This document shows, one piece after another, positions 10,018-18,900 of a DNA stretch of 59,596 bases. The position numbers and the translations under genes are program-made. Every line of letters starts with the position of its first letter. Position 1 is the stretch's first letter. Where the stretch lies: positions 1 to 59,596 of IMG/VR virus record IMGVR_UViG_3300037296_000151; one strand, given 5' to 3'. The stretch is from a virus (taxonomy: Duplodnaviria > Caudoviricetes). The notes under the pieces are model-generated. The model had not been told where the DNA came from and searched no databases. It saw nothing but the letters and a program-made list of their open reading frames with translations.

Positions 10018-10433
10018 CCTTTTCCCTGAACATCAAAACCGTGGACGACCTCGCCGCAGAGGATCAGGCGCGGATTGCCGAGCAGGTCAACGTCGAGCGC
10101 GACCGGCGCATTGATGGGCAATTCACCTTCAACGGCGTGGCCTACCAGAGCCGCCCACAGGACCGGGAAAACATGGCAGGCGCAGCAACATCTGCCCTTG
10201 CTGCCATCGTTAATGGGGCGCAGGCCGGTGATCTGCGCTGGCATGGGGGCACTGAGGACTTTGTTTGGATCGCAGCAGATAACAGCACGGTAGCGATGGA
10301 TGCTCAGACCATGTTTGCACTTGGTCAGGCGGCAATGGCGCACAAGCAAGACCATATATTCGCTGCGCGGGCGATCAAAGACATGGCGACGATCCCTGCC
10401 GATTACACCAACGACCAATACTGGCCGAGCTAA
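10014..10433 (+). CDS. DUF4376-like tail fibre assembly protein, 139 aa
   Basis: ERDRRI, WIAADNSTVAM motifs; AAGGAG SD, GTG start. Confidence 0.75.
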   Translation: MTFSLNIKTVDDLAAEDQARIAEQVNVERDRRIDGQFTFNGVAYQSRPQDRENMAGAATSALAAIVNGAQAGDLRWHGGTEDFVWIAADNSTVAMDAQTMFALGQAAMAHKQDHIFAARAIKDMATIPADYTNDQYWPS

Positions 10434-10444
10434 GGAGCAGCGCC

Positions 10445-10675
10445 ATGGGGGCGGGAGAGTTCTCAGACTTTGCTAGTCAGTACGGGCCTTTCGTCGCCCT
10501 TGGTGCCGTGGTGATCGTCGCTATGGCGGCGGTAATTCGGGCGCTCTGGCACCGCCTGAATGAACAAATCGACAAGCGGTTCGTTGACCATGAGACACAT
10601 TCGCAGCAAATGGCCGACGTGACCAAGACGCTCGACCACGCGCTCAAGTTTGTTGAGGGGAGCGGTCGTGGATAA
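10445..10675 (+). CDS. Small membrane protein, putative holin, 76 aa
   Basis: One predicted TM segment then charged tail; AAGGAG SD. Confidence 0.55.
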   Translation: MGAGEFSDFASQYGPFVALGAVVIVAMAAVIRALWHRLNEQIDKRFVDHETHSQQMADVTKTLDHALKFVEGSGRG

Positions 10676-10856
10676 CTTCTTGAAAATCCTTTGGGGTAAG
10701 CAAACGCCGCCATCGCGCGGAGAAGTGCGCTCTGTGCAGTTGCGTGAAGTGGCGGAAGCGAAGCGCCAAGAGCTAGAGCGCGCGATGTGCTATCGAAGCA
10801 AAGAGATTAACGGCCTTGTAAACGGGGTCTTACCGAAGAGAGAGGCCGAGCCATGA
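10668..10856 (+). CDS. Hypothetical protein, 62 aa
   Basis: GGAG SD then GTG at 10668; overlaps both neighbours. Confidence 0.55.
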   Translation: MDNFLKILWGKQTPPSRGEVRSVQLREVAEAKRQELERAMCYRSKEINGLVNGVLPKREAEP

Positions 10857-11260
10857 TCTATTTGATGATCGCAAACTACGTCGCCGCGCTCGCCGCAGTG
10901 GGATTGATGGTGCTGGTGACAATCGGCTTCGCGCCGCACTTGCGATTTCGCATCAGAGGGCACGACACCAACAGCCTTATGAGCATCTTTGTTGCCGTGA
11001 TCGCCGCGACATCTTGGGTCCGTATCCTCTATTGGAGCCTGTTGCGCCCGATGTTTGGCGTGGTCGGATGGATGCCACCCGGTAATTTCACGATGCTGGG
11101 CTTGTCGGTGAACATCGGCTTTAGCCTCGCTGCCTGCGTGGCTGCGCTCGCCGCTATGGGGGCTTTGTACTACAGTCTGCCGACTTGGGCGCAGCGCGAG
11201 TGGGGGTTCTTCAGGGCCCCCTTCTATCCACATAAATTCACGATCACTTGGCGCTGGTGA
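10853..11260 (+). CDS. Multi-TM membrane protein (holin/antiholin candidate), 135 aa
   Basis: About three hydrophobic segments; ATGA coupling. Confidence 0.65.
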   Translation: MIYLMIANYVAALAAVGLMVLVTIGFAPHLRFRIRGHDTNSLMSIFVAVIAATSWVRILYWSLLRPMFGVVGWMPPGNFTMLGLSVNIGFSLAACVAALAAMGALYYSLPTWAQREWGFFRAPFYPHKFTITWRW

Positions 11261-11298
11261 GCTGGGCTATCGCGCCGCTACCCAAGGGCGGCGGCCTA

Positions 11299-11336
11299 TG
11301 CTAATGTAAGCGCAATTCCCCGCGCAGGACGTGCGG
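11299..11336 (+). promoter_or_regulatory. Extended -10 plus CsrA-type hairpin
   Basis: TGcTAATGT at 11299; CCGCGC-AGGAC-GTGCGG 11320-11336. Confidence 0.7.
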
Positions 11337-11367
11337 CCACACGCAAGAGAAATGCGAAAGGCCAGCC

Positions 11368-11868
11368 ATGTCCACCGACACCCCCACAACCCGCGCAGAG
11401 CCGCCCTTCGACACTGAAGCGTGGCGCGATCTGCGCAATCGTAAGCTGCAAGAGTGGATTGGGGATGCCAGCGCCATCGCCTTCCTACAGCAATTTGGCG
11501 ACTTCTGTGAGGTCATTGACGACCTTTGGGACCAAGATAAGCCCGTCACCAAGGACGACCTGACGCGCGTGCTCTTCGTCGCCATGACGGAAATGCCGCT
11601 GAACCCCTTCTTTGATCGCTTCAAAGGCCAGCTTGTGCCGGTCATGGTCACAGGCATCAACGCTTGGCTCGATGCCAACACGCTTGAGCAGGGCAGCGAG
11701 AACGACAAGGTGTTCGCCTATGTCCTGCGCGATTGGTACGCCGAGTTGATCGCCTTTGTGATCTACCTCGCACGCGGGCGAGACTACATGCGCGCCGTGA
11801 GCATGGAGGTGCGCCACTTCTTCACACATCAAGAGAGCCTTGAAGAGTACAAGGAGGATTTGACATGA
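11368..11868 (+). CDS. Helical protein with DDxxD motif (isoprenoid-synthase-like?), 166 aa
   Basis: VIDDLWDQD; ATGA coupling to the next gene. Confidence 0.75.
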   Translation: MSTDTPTTRAEPPFDTEAWRDLRNRKLQEWIGDASAIAFLQQFGDFCEVIDDLWDQDKPVTKDDLTRVLFVAMTEMPLNPFFDRFKGQLVPVMVTGINAWLDANTLEQGSENDKVFAYVLRDWYAELIAFVIYLARGRDYMRAVSMEVRHFFTHQESLEEYKEDLT

Positions 11869-12893
11869 GCTTTGGTGGCGGTCAGAGCGCACCCGATCCA
11901 GACCCACGGATTGGTGAGGCGGCGCTGAAAAGCGCGGAAATCGGGGGCAAGTACCTCGATTGGATGAAAGATCAGTCCAAAATCTCCAACAAGTGGGCTC
12001 TGGACGACCGAGCGCGGCATCAAACCGTGTTTCAGCCGTTGCAGGACGAGTACATCGCCCGATCGCAGGAAGGGCCGGATTACGCGGGCGTCGAGCAGGA
12101 CGTTGATCGCGCCGCCGCTGATGCCTCTTTGCAAGCCTCGCAGGCGCAAGCGCAGATGGACCGCCAGTTGGCGGCACAGGGGATCGACCCCCGGTCAGGG
12201 CGCTCCGCAGAGACGATGCGGCGCTCTGAGCTTGATGAAGCTCTTATGACAACGGGCGTCAGCAACCAGACGCGCTTGCAGGGCCGCGCCGCCGCCGAGG
12301 CGGAAAGCGAAATGATGAAGTCCAACGCGATCAATATGGGCTCTGGCTTGGGCGTGAACCCAGCCACCTCGCTTGGCCTGTCCAATAGCTCGATGTCGTC
12401 GGGCTTCTCTGGCGCCATGAAGGGCCAAGGGCAGATGATGTCGGGCCTGAACATGCAGTACGGGCAGCAGATGGACAAATGGCGGGCCGATCAGGAGCAG
12501 AGCAACAGCCTATGGGGCGGCATCGGCAACATCGCAGGCTTGGGTATCTCGATGATGTCTTCCAAGGAGTACAAGGAAGACAAGCGCCCGGCCAAGGGCG
12601 TGCTCGATGCCGTGCGCTCGATGCCGGTTGAGGAATGGAAGTACAAGGAAGGGCTAGGCGATGGCGGCGCGCATGTTGGTCCCTACGCCGAGGACTTCCA
12701 TGCAGCCACAGGCAAGGGGGATGGCAAGTCTATCCCGATCATCGACGCCATCGGCGTCACCATGGGCGCGGTGCAGGAGCTCGATCGCAAGATGCGCAAG
12801 GGCGAAGGCAGGGCCAAGGGTGGCAATGCCGACGATCCCGGCGACCGGCGCGGCAGCGGGCCGAGCCCGAAAAGCATCATGGGGGCGATCTAA
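11865..12893 (+). CDS. Internal virion/ejection protein with C-terminal peptidase S74 (intramolecular chaperone)-like domain, 342 aa
   Basis: Gly/Ser/Met-rich body; SSKEYKE...WKYK...HVGPYAEDF. Confidence 0.75.
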   Translation: MSFGGGQSAPDPDPRIGEAALKSAEIGGKYLDWMKDQSKISNKWALDDRARHQTVFQPLQDEYIARSQEGPDYAGVEQDVDRAAADASLQASQAQAQMDRQLAAQGIDPRSGRSAETMRRSELDEALMTTGVSNQTRLQGRAAAEAESEMMKSNAINMGSGLGVNPATSLGLSNSSMSSGFSGAMKGQGQMMSGLNMQYGQQMDKWRADQEQSNSLWGGIGNIAGLGISMMSSKEYKEDKRPAKGVLDAVRSMPVEEWKYKEGLGDGGAHVGPYAEDFHAATGKGDGKSIPIIDAIGVTMGAVQELDRKMRKGEGRAKGGNADDPGDRRGSGPSPKSIMGAI

Positions 12894-13765
12894 TGGGCAC
12901 AGGGGCATTTCTGACCGGCCTTGCAGGCGGGATTGATAGCGGCATCGGTATCAAGGAGCGCAAGAAAGACCGCGAGCGCGAGGACAAGTGGCTCGAAATC
13001 GCCAAGCTGAACGCCGAGCGGGGCGTGCTCGACCACGAAAGCGAGCGTGCCTATCGGTCGCAGCCGGACGGTGGCGGCGGTTCCGGCGGTTCTGGCGGCA
13101 GCGGCGGGGGCGGGGCTGGCATGGTCTATTCCGGTCGCAACGGTGCATCGGCCCGCGATATGCGCGGAGGTGATCGAGAGTTGCTGGCCAAGACCCTCAT
13201 GGCGGAAGCCGGAGGCGAGGGCTATGAGGGTATGCTGGCCGCAGGGGCGGTGATCCATAACCGAGCCAACACCAAAGGCTACGGCGACAGCCTGCGCGAC
13301 GTGATTATGAAGCCGGGGCAGTTTTCCGCGTGGAACGGCGTGACGGGCTATGCGGGCGGTGAAGGCGGGCTCGATATGGACAAGATCAATCCCAGCGAGC
13401 ACGCGCTGAAAGCGGCTGACGCGATCCTCTCTGGCAGCTTTGAAGATCCGACGGGCGGCGCGACCCATTACTACAACCCTTCCGTCGCCAATCCCAAGTG
13501 GGGCCAGAAGCGCGCCGGGGGGGATTGGCTCACAATCGGCAATCATATCTTTGGCTCTGCCGATGCCGGCCGATCTGGCGCGCGCTCCAAGCCGCGCAAG
13601 GCCGCACCTGCGCCGCAGTCGACCGAGCGCCCGCAGGCGCGACCCGTCGAGCCGACCGAGCGCCCGCAGGCCCGCCCTATGGCCGAGGCTGCACCATCAC
13701 CAGCGCCCGCAGAGCGCGGTATTCTTTCGACCGGCGAGCTTCTGGCCCGCCGCTACACCGTTTAA
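12893..13765 (+). CDS. Virion protein with SleB/Hydrolase_2 cell-wall hydrolase domain, 290 aa
   Basis: TLMAEAGGE, VIHNR, GQFSAWN, DPTGGATHYY, IGNHIF; TAATG coupling at 12893. Confidence 0.88.
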   Translation: MGTGAFLTGLAGGIDSGIGIKERKKDREREDKWLEIAKLNAERGVLDHESERAYRSQPDGGGGSGGSGGSGGGGAGMVYSGRNGASARDMRGGDRELLAKTLMAEAGGEGYEGMLAAGAVIHNRANTKGYGDSLRDVIMKPGQFSAWNGVTGYAGGEGGLDMDKINPSEHALKAADAILSGSFEDPTGGATHYYNPSVANPKWGQKRAGGDWLTIGNHIFGSADAGRSGARSKPRKAAPAPQSTERPQARPVEPTERPQARPMAEAAPSPAPAERGILSTGELLARRYTV

Positions 13766-13776
13766 GGAGGCCCAGC

Positions 13777-15726
13777 ATGTCGGGTTTGGGAAGTTTCGTA
13801 AAAGGCGCGTTTGATGGCTATTCCTTTGGCGAGAACGTCAAGGACAAGAAGGCCGAGCGCGAGCGCAAAAAAGACCGCCATGAATGGGACGGGGCTGCGC
13901 AAGAGCGCGCCTCAGAGCGCCACGGTTGGGCGCGCGGTGATAACGAGTGGGTAGGCGAGCAACGCGGGCGGCAGCGCGAGACATGGGAGCGCGAGGACGA
14001 TACGCGCGAAGCCTATGCCGACGCCTATGAGGCAACCAAGGACAGCTACGGAGAAGACGGGGGGCGCGGCGTGATCGAGGGCGACAGCCAGCCGGTCACG
14101 ATCAGCACCAGCGGCGACGGTCCCGGCGCAGAGCCCCTTGTGCGGCCTAAGTCGAAGCCTGAACACCTCAATGCCCCGCAGCCGCGCAGTGTTATGATCG
14201 AAGCCCCGACAGCACCCCGCGCACCAGAGGCCGCGCCCAACGTCGCGCCCAGCGTCGGCACAGATGGCCCAGCCATGCAGCGTACCGCGCCGGTACAGCC
14301 GGTTGCGCCTTCTATGTCCGAGCGCGGCGTCATGGATACCGCACCGGCACAGGCACCCGCGCCCCGGCGTCCATCGCGCACCGAGCACGCCAGCAAGTTT
14401 GAGGCTCCGGCTCATGTCATGCGCGCGGCGCAGGAAGCCGACAAGATCGAGGAAATGCTCGAAAGCGGCACCTATGAGCCGGGCGGCCCGCCGCTGGCCG
14501 AGCAGGACAAGGCTATGTTTGCGGATCTTCTCGCGCAGCGTGACGCCGAGCTTATGGCATGGTCGCAGGACGACCGCCCGCTTAACGGCGGCCAGTTCAA
14601 CACGGCAGACGAGCGCCGGGACGCCTTTGGCAACACCGGGCCGCGTCAGGCCGCCGAAGGCACGCGGGCAACGCCTGCCTCGATGGCTGCGCCTGCCATG
14701 GACCCGGCCCCGGCAATGCCTGCCCCAGACGGGCCGATCAGCCGCGCAGCACCGGGCGAGGTGCAGCCGCAGCAGGGCTGGCGTGCTGGTCCTGACCCAC
14801 AGGCACCCCGCAACCCGCCAGCGCCACCAGCGCAGCCCCAGCCCGGCGCTGCGCCCGGCGAGGCGACCGGCGCAGTGCCGGTCGAGCGCGAGACGATTGA
14901 AGAGCTTGACGACCGGGCCGCAAACGCGCCCATCGAAGAGGGTGGCGCGCCTTCCGTTGAGGTGGCAGAGGCGACCTTGACCAAGGGCGTTGTTGGCGAG
15001 GGCGGCGCGATGAAGAGCACGCCCGCGCGCGACAAGAAGGCCACGGAGAGTTTCATGGACCGATACGCCAAGGTTGGCGCACCAATGGTCATGGAGCACT
15101 ACCTCAAGACCGGCCAGCCAGATAAAGCCAAAGCCTTCGAGGAATGGCTCGACACCCGCGAAACCAAGCAGGCCATGCGCTCTTGGTCCGAGGGCGTGCG
15201 CCGGGCCGCCGTGGGCGATTGGGATGGCGTGCTCGATCACCTGTCTGAGACATACAACGGCGTTGACGATGGCTATACGGTGCTGCGTGACAAATCCGCC
15301 ATCACCAAAGACAGCCGGGGCAACGTCACCGGGGGGTATGTCACCTTCAAAGACAGCGAGACGGGCGAAGAGTTCGTGCGCGAGTTCAAGGATCAATCCG
15401 ACATCATCGAGCTTGGCATCTACGCGCTCGCGCCGGAGCAGATGTTTGAATACCTCTATAAGATTGACCAAGAGGCGCGCAGCACCGGCAAGAAGCTGAT
15501 TGAAGAACGCGAAGGCAAGGTGAAGGACTACGCGGGCATGATTGGCGATGAAATGGACAGCATTCGCAAGGCCGAGAGCGAGAAATACAACCCGGCTGAC
15601 CGCCTCACGGAAGATCAAATCCGCGAGCAAGCGGAGCTCAACGTGCGGCGGCGCTTGGCGATTGGCGAGCAGCATGTCACCGGGGGCGGAAAGTCGGAGC
15701 CACCACAAGATTATCGTATGAATTAG
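13777..15726 (+). CDS. Internal virion (ejection) protein, 649 aa
   Basis: AAGGAGG SD before ATG 13777; Pro/Ala-rich middle; position before darB. Confidence 0.75.
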   Translation: MSGLGSFVKGAFDGYSFGENVKDKKAERERKKDRHEWDGAAQERASERHGWARGDNEWVGEQRGRQRETWEREDDTREAYADAYEATKDSYGEDGGRGVIEGDSQPVTISTSGDGPGAEPLVRPKSKPEHLNAPQPRSVMIEAPTAPRAPEAAPNVAPSVGTDGPAMQRTAPVQPVAPSMSERGVMDTAPAQAPAPRRPSRTEHASKFEAPAHVMRAAQEADKIEEMLESGTYEPGGPPLAEQDKAMFADLLAQRDAELMAWSQDDRPLNGGQFNTADERRDAFGNTGPRQAAEGTRATPASMAAPAMDPAPAMPAPDGPISRAAPGEVQPQQGWRAGPDPQAPRNPPAPPAQPQPGAAPGEATGAVPVERETIEELDDRAANAPIEEGGAPSVEVAEATLTKGVVGEGGAMKSTPARDKKATESFMDRYAKVGAPMVMEHYLKTGQPDKAKAFEEWLDTRETKQAMRSWSEGVRRAAVGDWDGVLDHLSETYNGVDDGYTVLRDKSAITKDSRGNVTGGYVTFKDSETGEEFVREFKDQSDIIELGIYALAPEQMFEYLYKIDQEARSTGKKLIEEREGKVKDYAGMIGDEMDSIRKAESEKYNPADRLTEDQIREQAELNVRRRLAIGEQHVTGGGKSEPPQDYRMN

Positions 15727-15805
15727 GTAGATCGGCACAACATATTGCGCTAATCTCTATTCAGACGATCTTTCTTCCTGTTTGATTATCTGACCTCACA
15801 GACTT

Positions 15806-15838
15806 GACCCCGGCCTTGACAGCCGGGGTCTTTTTTTT
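15806..15838 (+). terminator. Rho-independent terminator
   Basis: GACCCCGGC-CTTGACA-GCCGGGGTC followed by T8. Confidence 0.92.
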
Positions 15839-15878
15839 GCGGGCGGTGCGCGGCACGCTTCACCGATCCTCTTGCATC

Positions 15879-15915
15879 TGCTATCGTCGGCTAAATCCCC
15901 GCGCATGATGTGCGG
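15879..15915 (+). promoter_or_regulatory. Extended -10 plus CsrA-type hairpin upstream of darB
   Basis: TGcTATCGT at 15879; CCGCGC-ATGAT-GTGCGG 15899-15915. Confidence 0.7.
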
Positions 15916-15947
15916 CCACCCCCTTAATCTCTTTTCCGAGGTGAATT

Positions 15948-18900
15948 GTGGCCGAAAACGTCTTTGCGATCCTTCCGACCGAATATGAAGCACGAAAAGC
16001 TAAGGCTGACGCCGAAGGCCGCGACATCTTCGATAACCCGAAACTTCCATCCCTTGAGGATGGATCGCCCGACTATGACGCGCTTGGCGGGCAGTATCAG
16101 GTGCCGCCAAACATCATCAAAGCCGTGGCAGACAGCGCCGGTGTTGATCCCAAGCAAGCCCCAGAGTTCGCAGCCCGCGCCGCCGCTGCCATCGGTAAAG
16201 AGCTTCAATCGGGCAAGGACGTGCCAACGGCGCTCAAGACGATCCTTGGCGACGAGGCCGCAACCGCTGAATTGCTGAAATACGCCGATGGCATCGCCCG
16301 GCAGCGCGAAGGCGCAGAGCCAGTAGAGGCCGAGGACGAGCAAGGACGCCTCTCCAAAGCCTTTGAAATGGGCGAGAAGGGCGCGATCAAGCGCGGGCAT
16401 GAGTTCGCGCGGGACGCTTCCGCCGCCGTGGAAGAGGGCGCATTCGGCCAAGGCGTGGCGGGGCTGCGCGAGAAGGCCGAGAACGCCTTGTTCGTGGGCG
16501 AGGATGGCAACCCCAACGCGCTAGGCCGTGTAGTCAACGCCGGGCGCAAGATGGCCGAAAAGGGCGATGGCCTCTCCCGTCCGACAGTCGGCGGCGAAAA
16601 GGTGACGCAGGAAGAGCGCGCCGAAGACCTCCGCAGCAACGTGAGCCCAATGGCGCAGGCCGCAGAGGCGCGCTTGAAAGAGCTTTCCGAAGGCGGTTTC
16701 GAGATTATGGATTGGCGCGATATTCGCGGCCTTGGCTCCGCTGTGCAGTTCATGGGCGAGAACATCGCCACGTCTCTGCCGCAGATGGGCGCGAGCATGG
16801 CGTCGGGGCCGTTTCAACCGCTGGTGACAATCACCCTTCTGGGCGGTGAGGCTAACGAGGAATTGAAAGAGCGCACCGAATTGAGCGAGGCCGACCGGGT
16901 TGCCGTTGCAACCGGCGCAGGCACCGCCATGTGGGCGCTTGAAACGATTGGTCTAGGCCGTGTGTTCGGCGGGTTGGTCCCGTCGCAGGTGGCGAAGCAG
17001 GCGCTCAAGGGCGAGCTTTCCGAGACGCTTATCAAAGCAGGCTTCAAGCGCAGTGCTGCGCGCGTGCTCGAAGCAGGTATCGCGGAAGGCTCTACCGAGG
17101 CGCTGCAAGAGGGCATCGTCATGGGTGCGACCGCCGCCGCTGGTGGCAAGTACGAGCGCGGCGAGGTTATCGACCGCCTGACCTCCGCTTTCGCGGGCGG
17201 CGCTGGTGCCGGTGCTGGCCTGCGTGCCGGGGCCGAGCCTATGGCCGCCATGCGGGACCGCCGCGAGGCGCGCGATCAACAAGGTTCGGGGGGCGACGGG
17301 GATACGCCAGCGGCGGGCGTGCCTCCCATTCAGCCGGGGGGCGCGCCGCAAAGTCCTCCGGCACCAGACGCAGGGCCGCAGGCCGGGCCATTGCCTCCCG
17401 CGCCAGCGCCCACACCAGCACCGACCATCGAGCACCCGCCGCTTGGGCCGCTCGCGCAGGCCGCCGCGCGTGCGCCTGACCTTGCTGTGCCTGACGCAGA
17501 GCAGGGCGGCATGGTCGAAGTGCAGACCTTGGACGGGGAAACCTTCACAGCAGAGTTCGTGGAGGAAGGGCCGGGCGGTATCCGCGTGCGCGACGAGCAA
17601 GGCGAGTTCACCATCCCGCGCGCCGACATCGAGGCCGGTACGCAGGTTAAGCCGGTGCGTGAGCAGGCCGTGCGCTTCCCTGACATGAAGCCGGGCAAGG
17701 AAGTCAGCCTCGAAGCCCCTGACGGTAAGGTGTATCGCAGCACTTTCCTTGAAGAGACGCAGGGCGGTGTGGCCGTGCGTATCGGCGGCGAGCGCGTTGA
17801 GCTTTCCGACCGTGAGTTCGATCTAGCGATTGATGCCGCGTTCTTGCAGGAGCAGCAGGCAAAAGGCGGGCAAAAGGCCGACGCCGCGCCCGCAACCGAA
17901 ACAACCGAAACGCCAACTGCTACCGCGCCGGAAGCGCCCGCAGCGCCGCAAACGTCAGCCGATCCGGTCGAAACCGCGCAGGAAACGGACCCGGTAGCCT
18001 TTGCCGAGGCCGAGCGCGCCGAGAAGGTGGAGCGCCGCCGCGCGGTGATCGAGCGCGAGATTTCTGCGACCGAAGCCGAGGAAGGCTTCAACCTCACGCC
18101 GCAGGAGCGCAAGAGCCTGACAGATCGCGCCATGGAGGAAGGCGGGGCGCTGGACGTGTCCGGTGCAACCCGCGAAATCCTCAAGACGCCCCCGCCACTG
18201 TCTGAGGAAGTGGTCGACCAAGGCGACGTGCCGCCGCTCTTCGATGAAGAAACCACAGAGCCCGCAACCGGCACACTGGACGAGGACGCAGCCCCAGAAG
18301 AGGCCGCCCCGCAAGACCCGTCGCAGGATTGGGACAGCATGGACGAGGTGGGCCGGGATAAGGCTCTCCGCGCGGCTGGCTATGTCACGAAGAACGGCAA
18401 GCTGAACGCGCCGGGACGCAAGGCGCTTTCTTCGCCGTGGGCTGATCTATCGCCCAAGGTGCAGGCTGCGATTGGTGGGCAGTCTGAGCCCGCCGCAGAG
18501 GCCGCGCCAGAGCCGGATGAAGCCGAGTTGAAGCGCCGCGACCGCGTTGCCAAGCATGACGAATGGAAGGCGAAAGCCGATCAGGCAGAGCAGAGCATTG
18601 AGGTTGACGAGCGCCTGCCCGGCAAACAGGCGCAGGGCGTGCCAACCGCCGCCTATCGTGTCGCGCCATGGCCTGACGGTGGTTATGCCGTGAACGTAAG
18701 CGCCAACACCGGTAACGGTGGCTTTGGTGCTCCGTTCACGCCGGGCTTTGACACCAAGGAAGCCGCCGTAGAGGAAGCGCAGAAGCGTATCCGCGAACAT
18801 GCCCAGGCGGTTCTTGCAGACAAGAACGCGACCGAGAGCGACAGCAGCAAGAAAGAGGCGCAGAAGATCCTTGATTGGCTCGATGCGCGCGGCCCTGCGC

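Noticed and set aside
13620-13677. Short duplication encoding TERPQARP twice
   Set aside because: Ordinary low-complexity linker duplication within a coding region.
13912-15738. Long antisense ORFs (608 aa here; also 25374-26702, 1243-2295 and others)
   Set aside because: Typical shadows of GC-rich coding strands, with no SD or recognisable motifs.
15736-15749. NrdR-box-like CACAACATATTGCG
   Set aside because: Single degenerate copy and no ribonucleotide reductase gene nearby.
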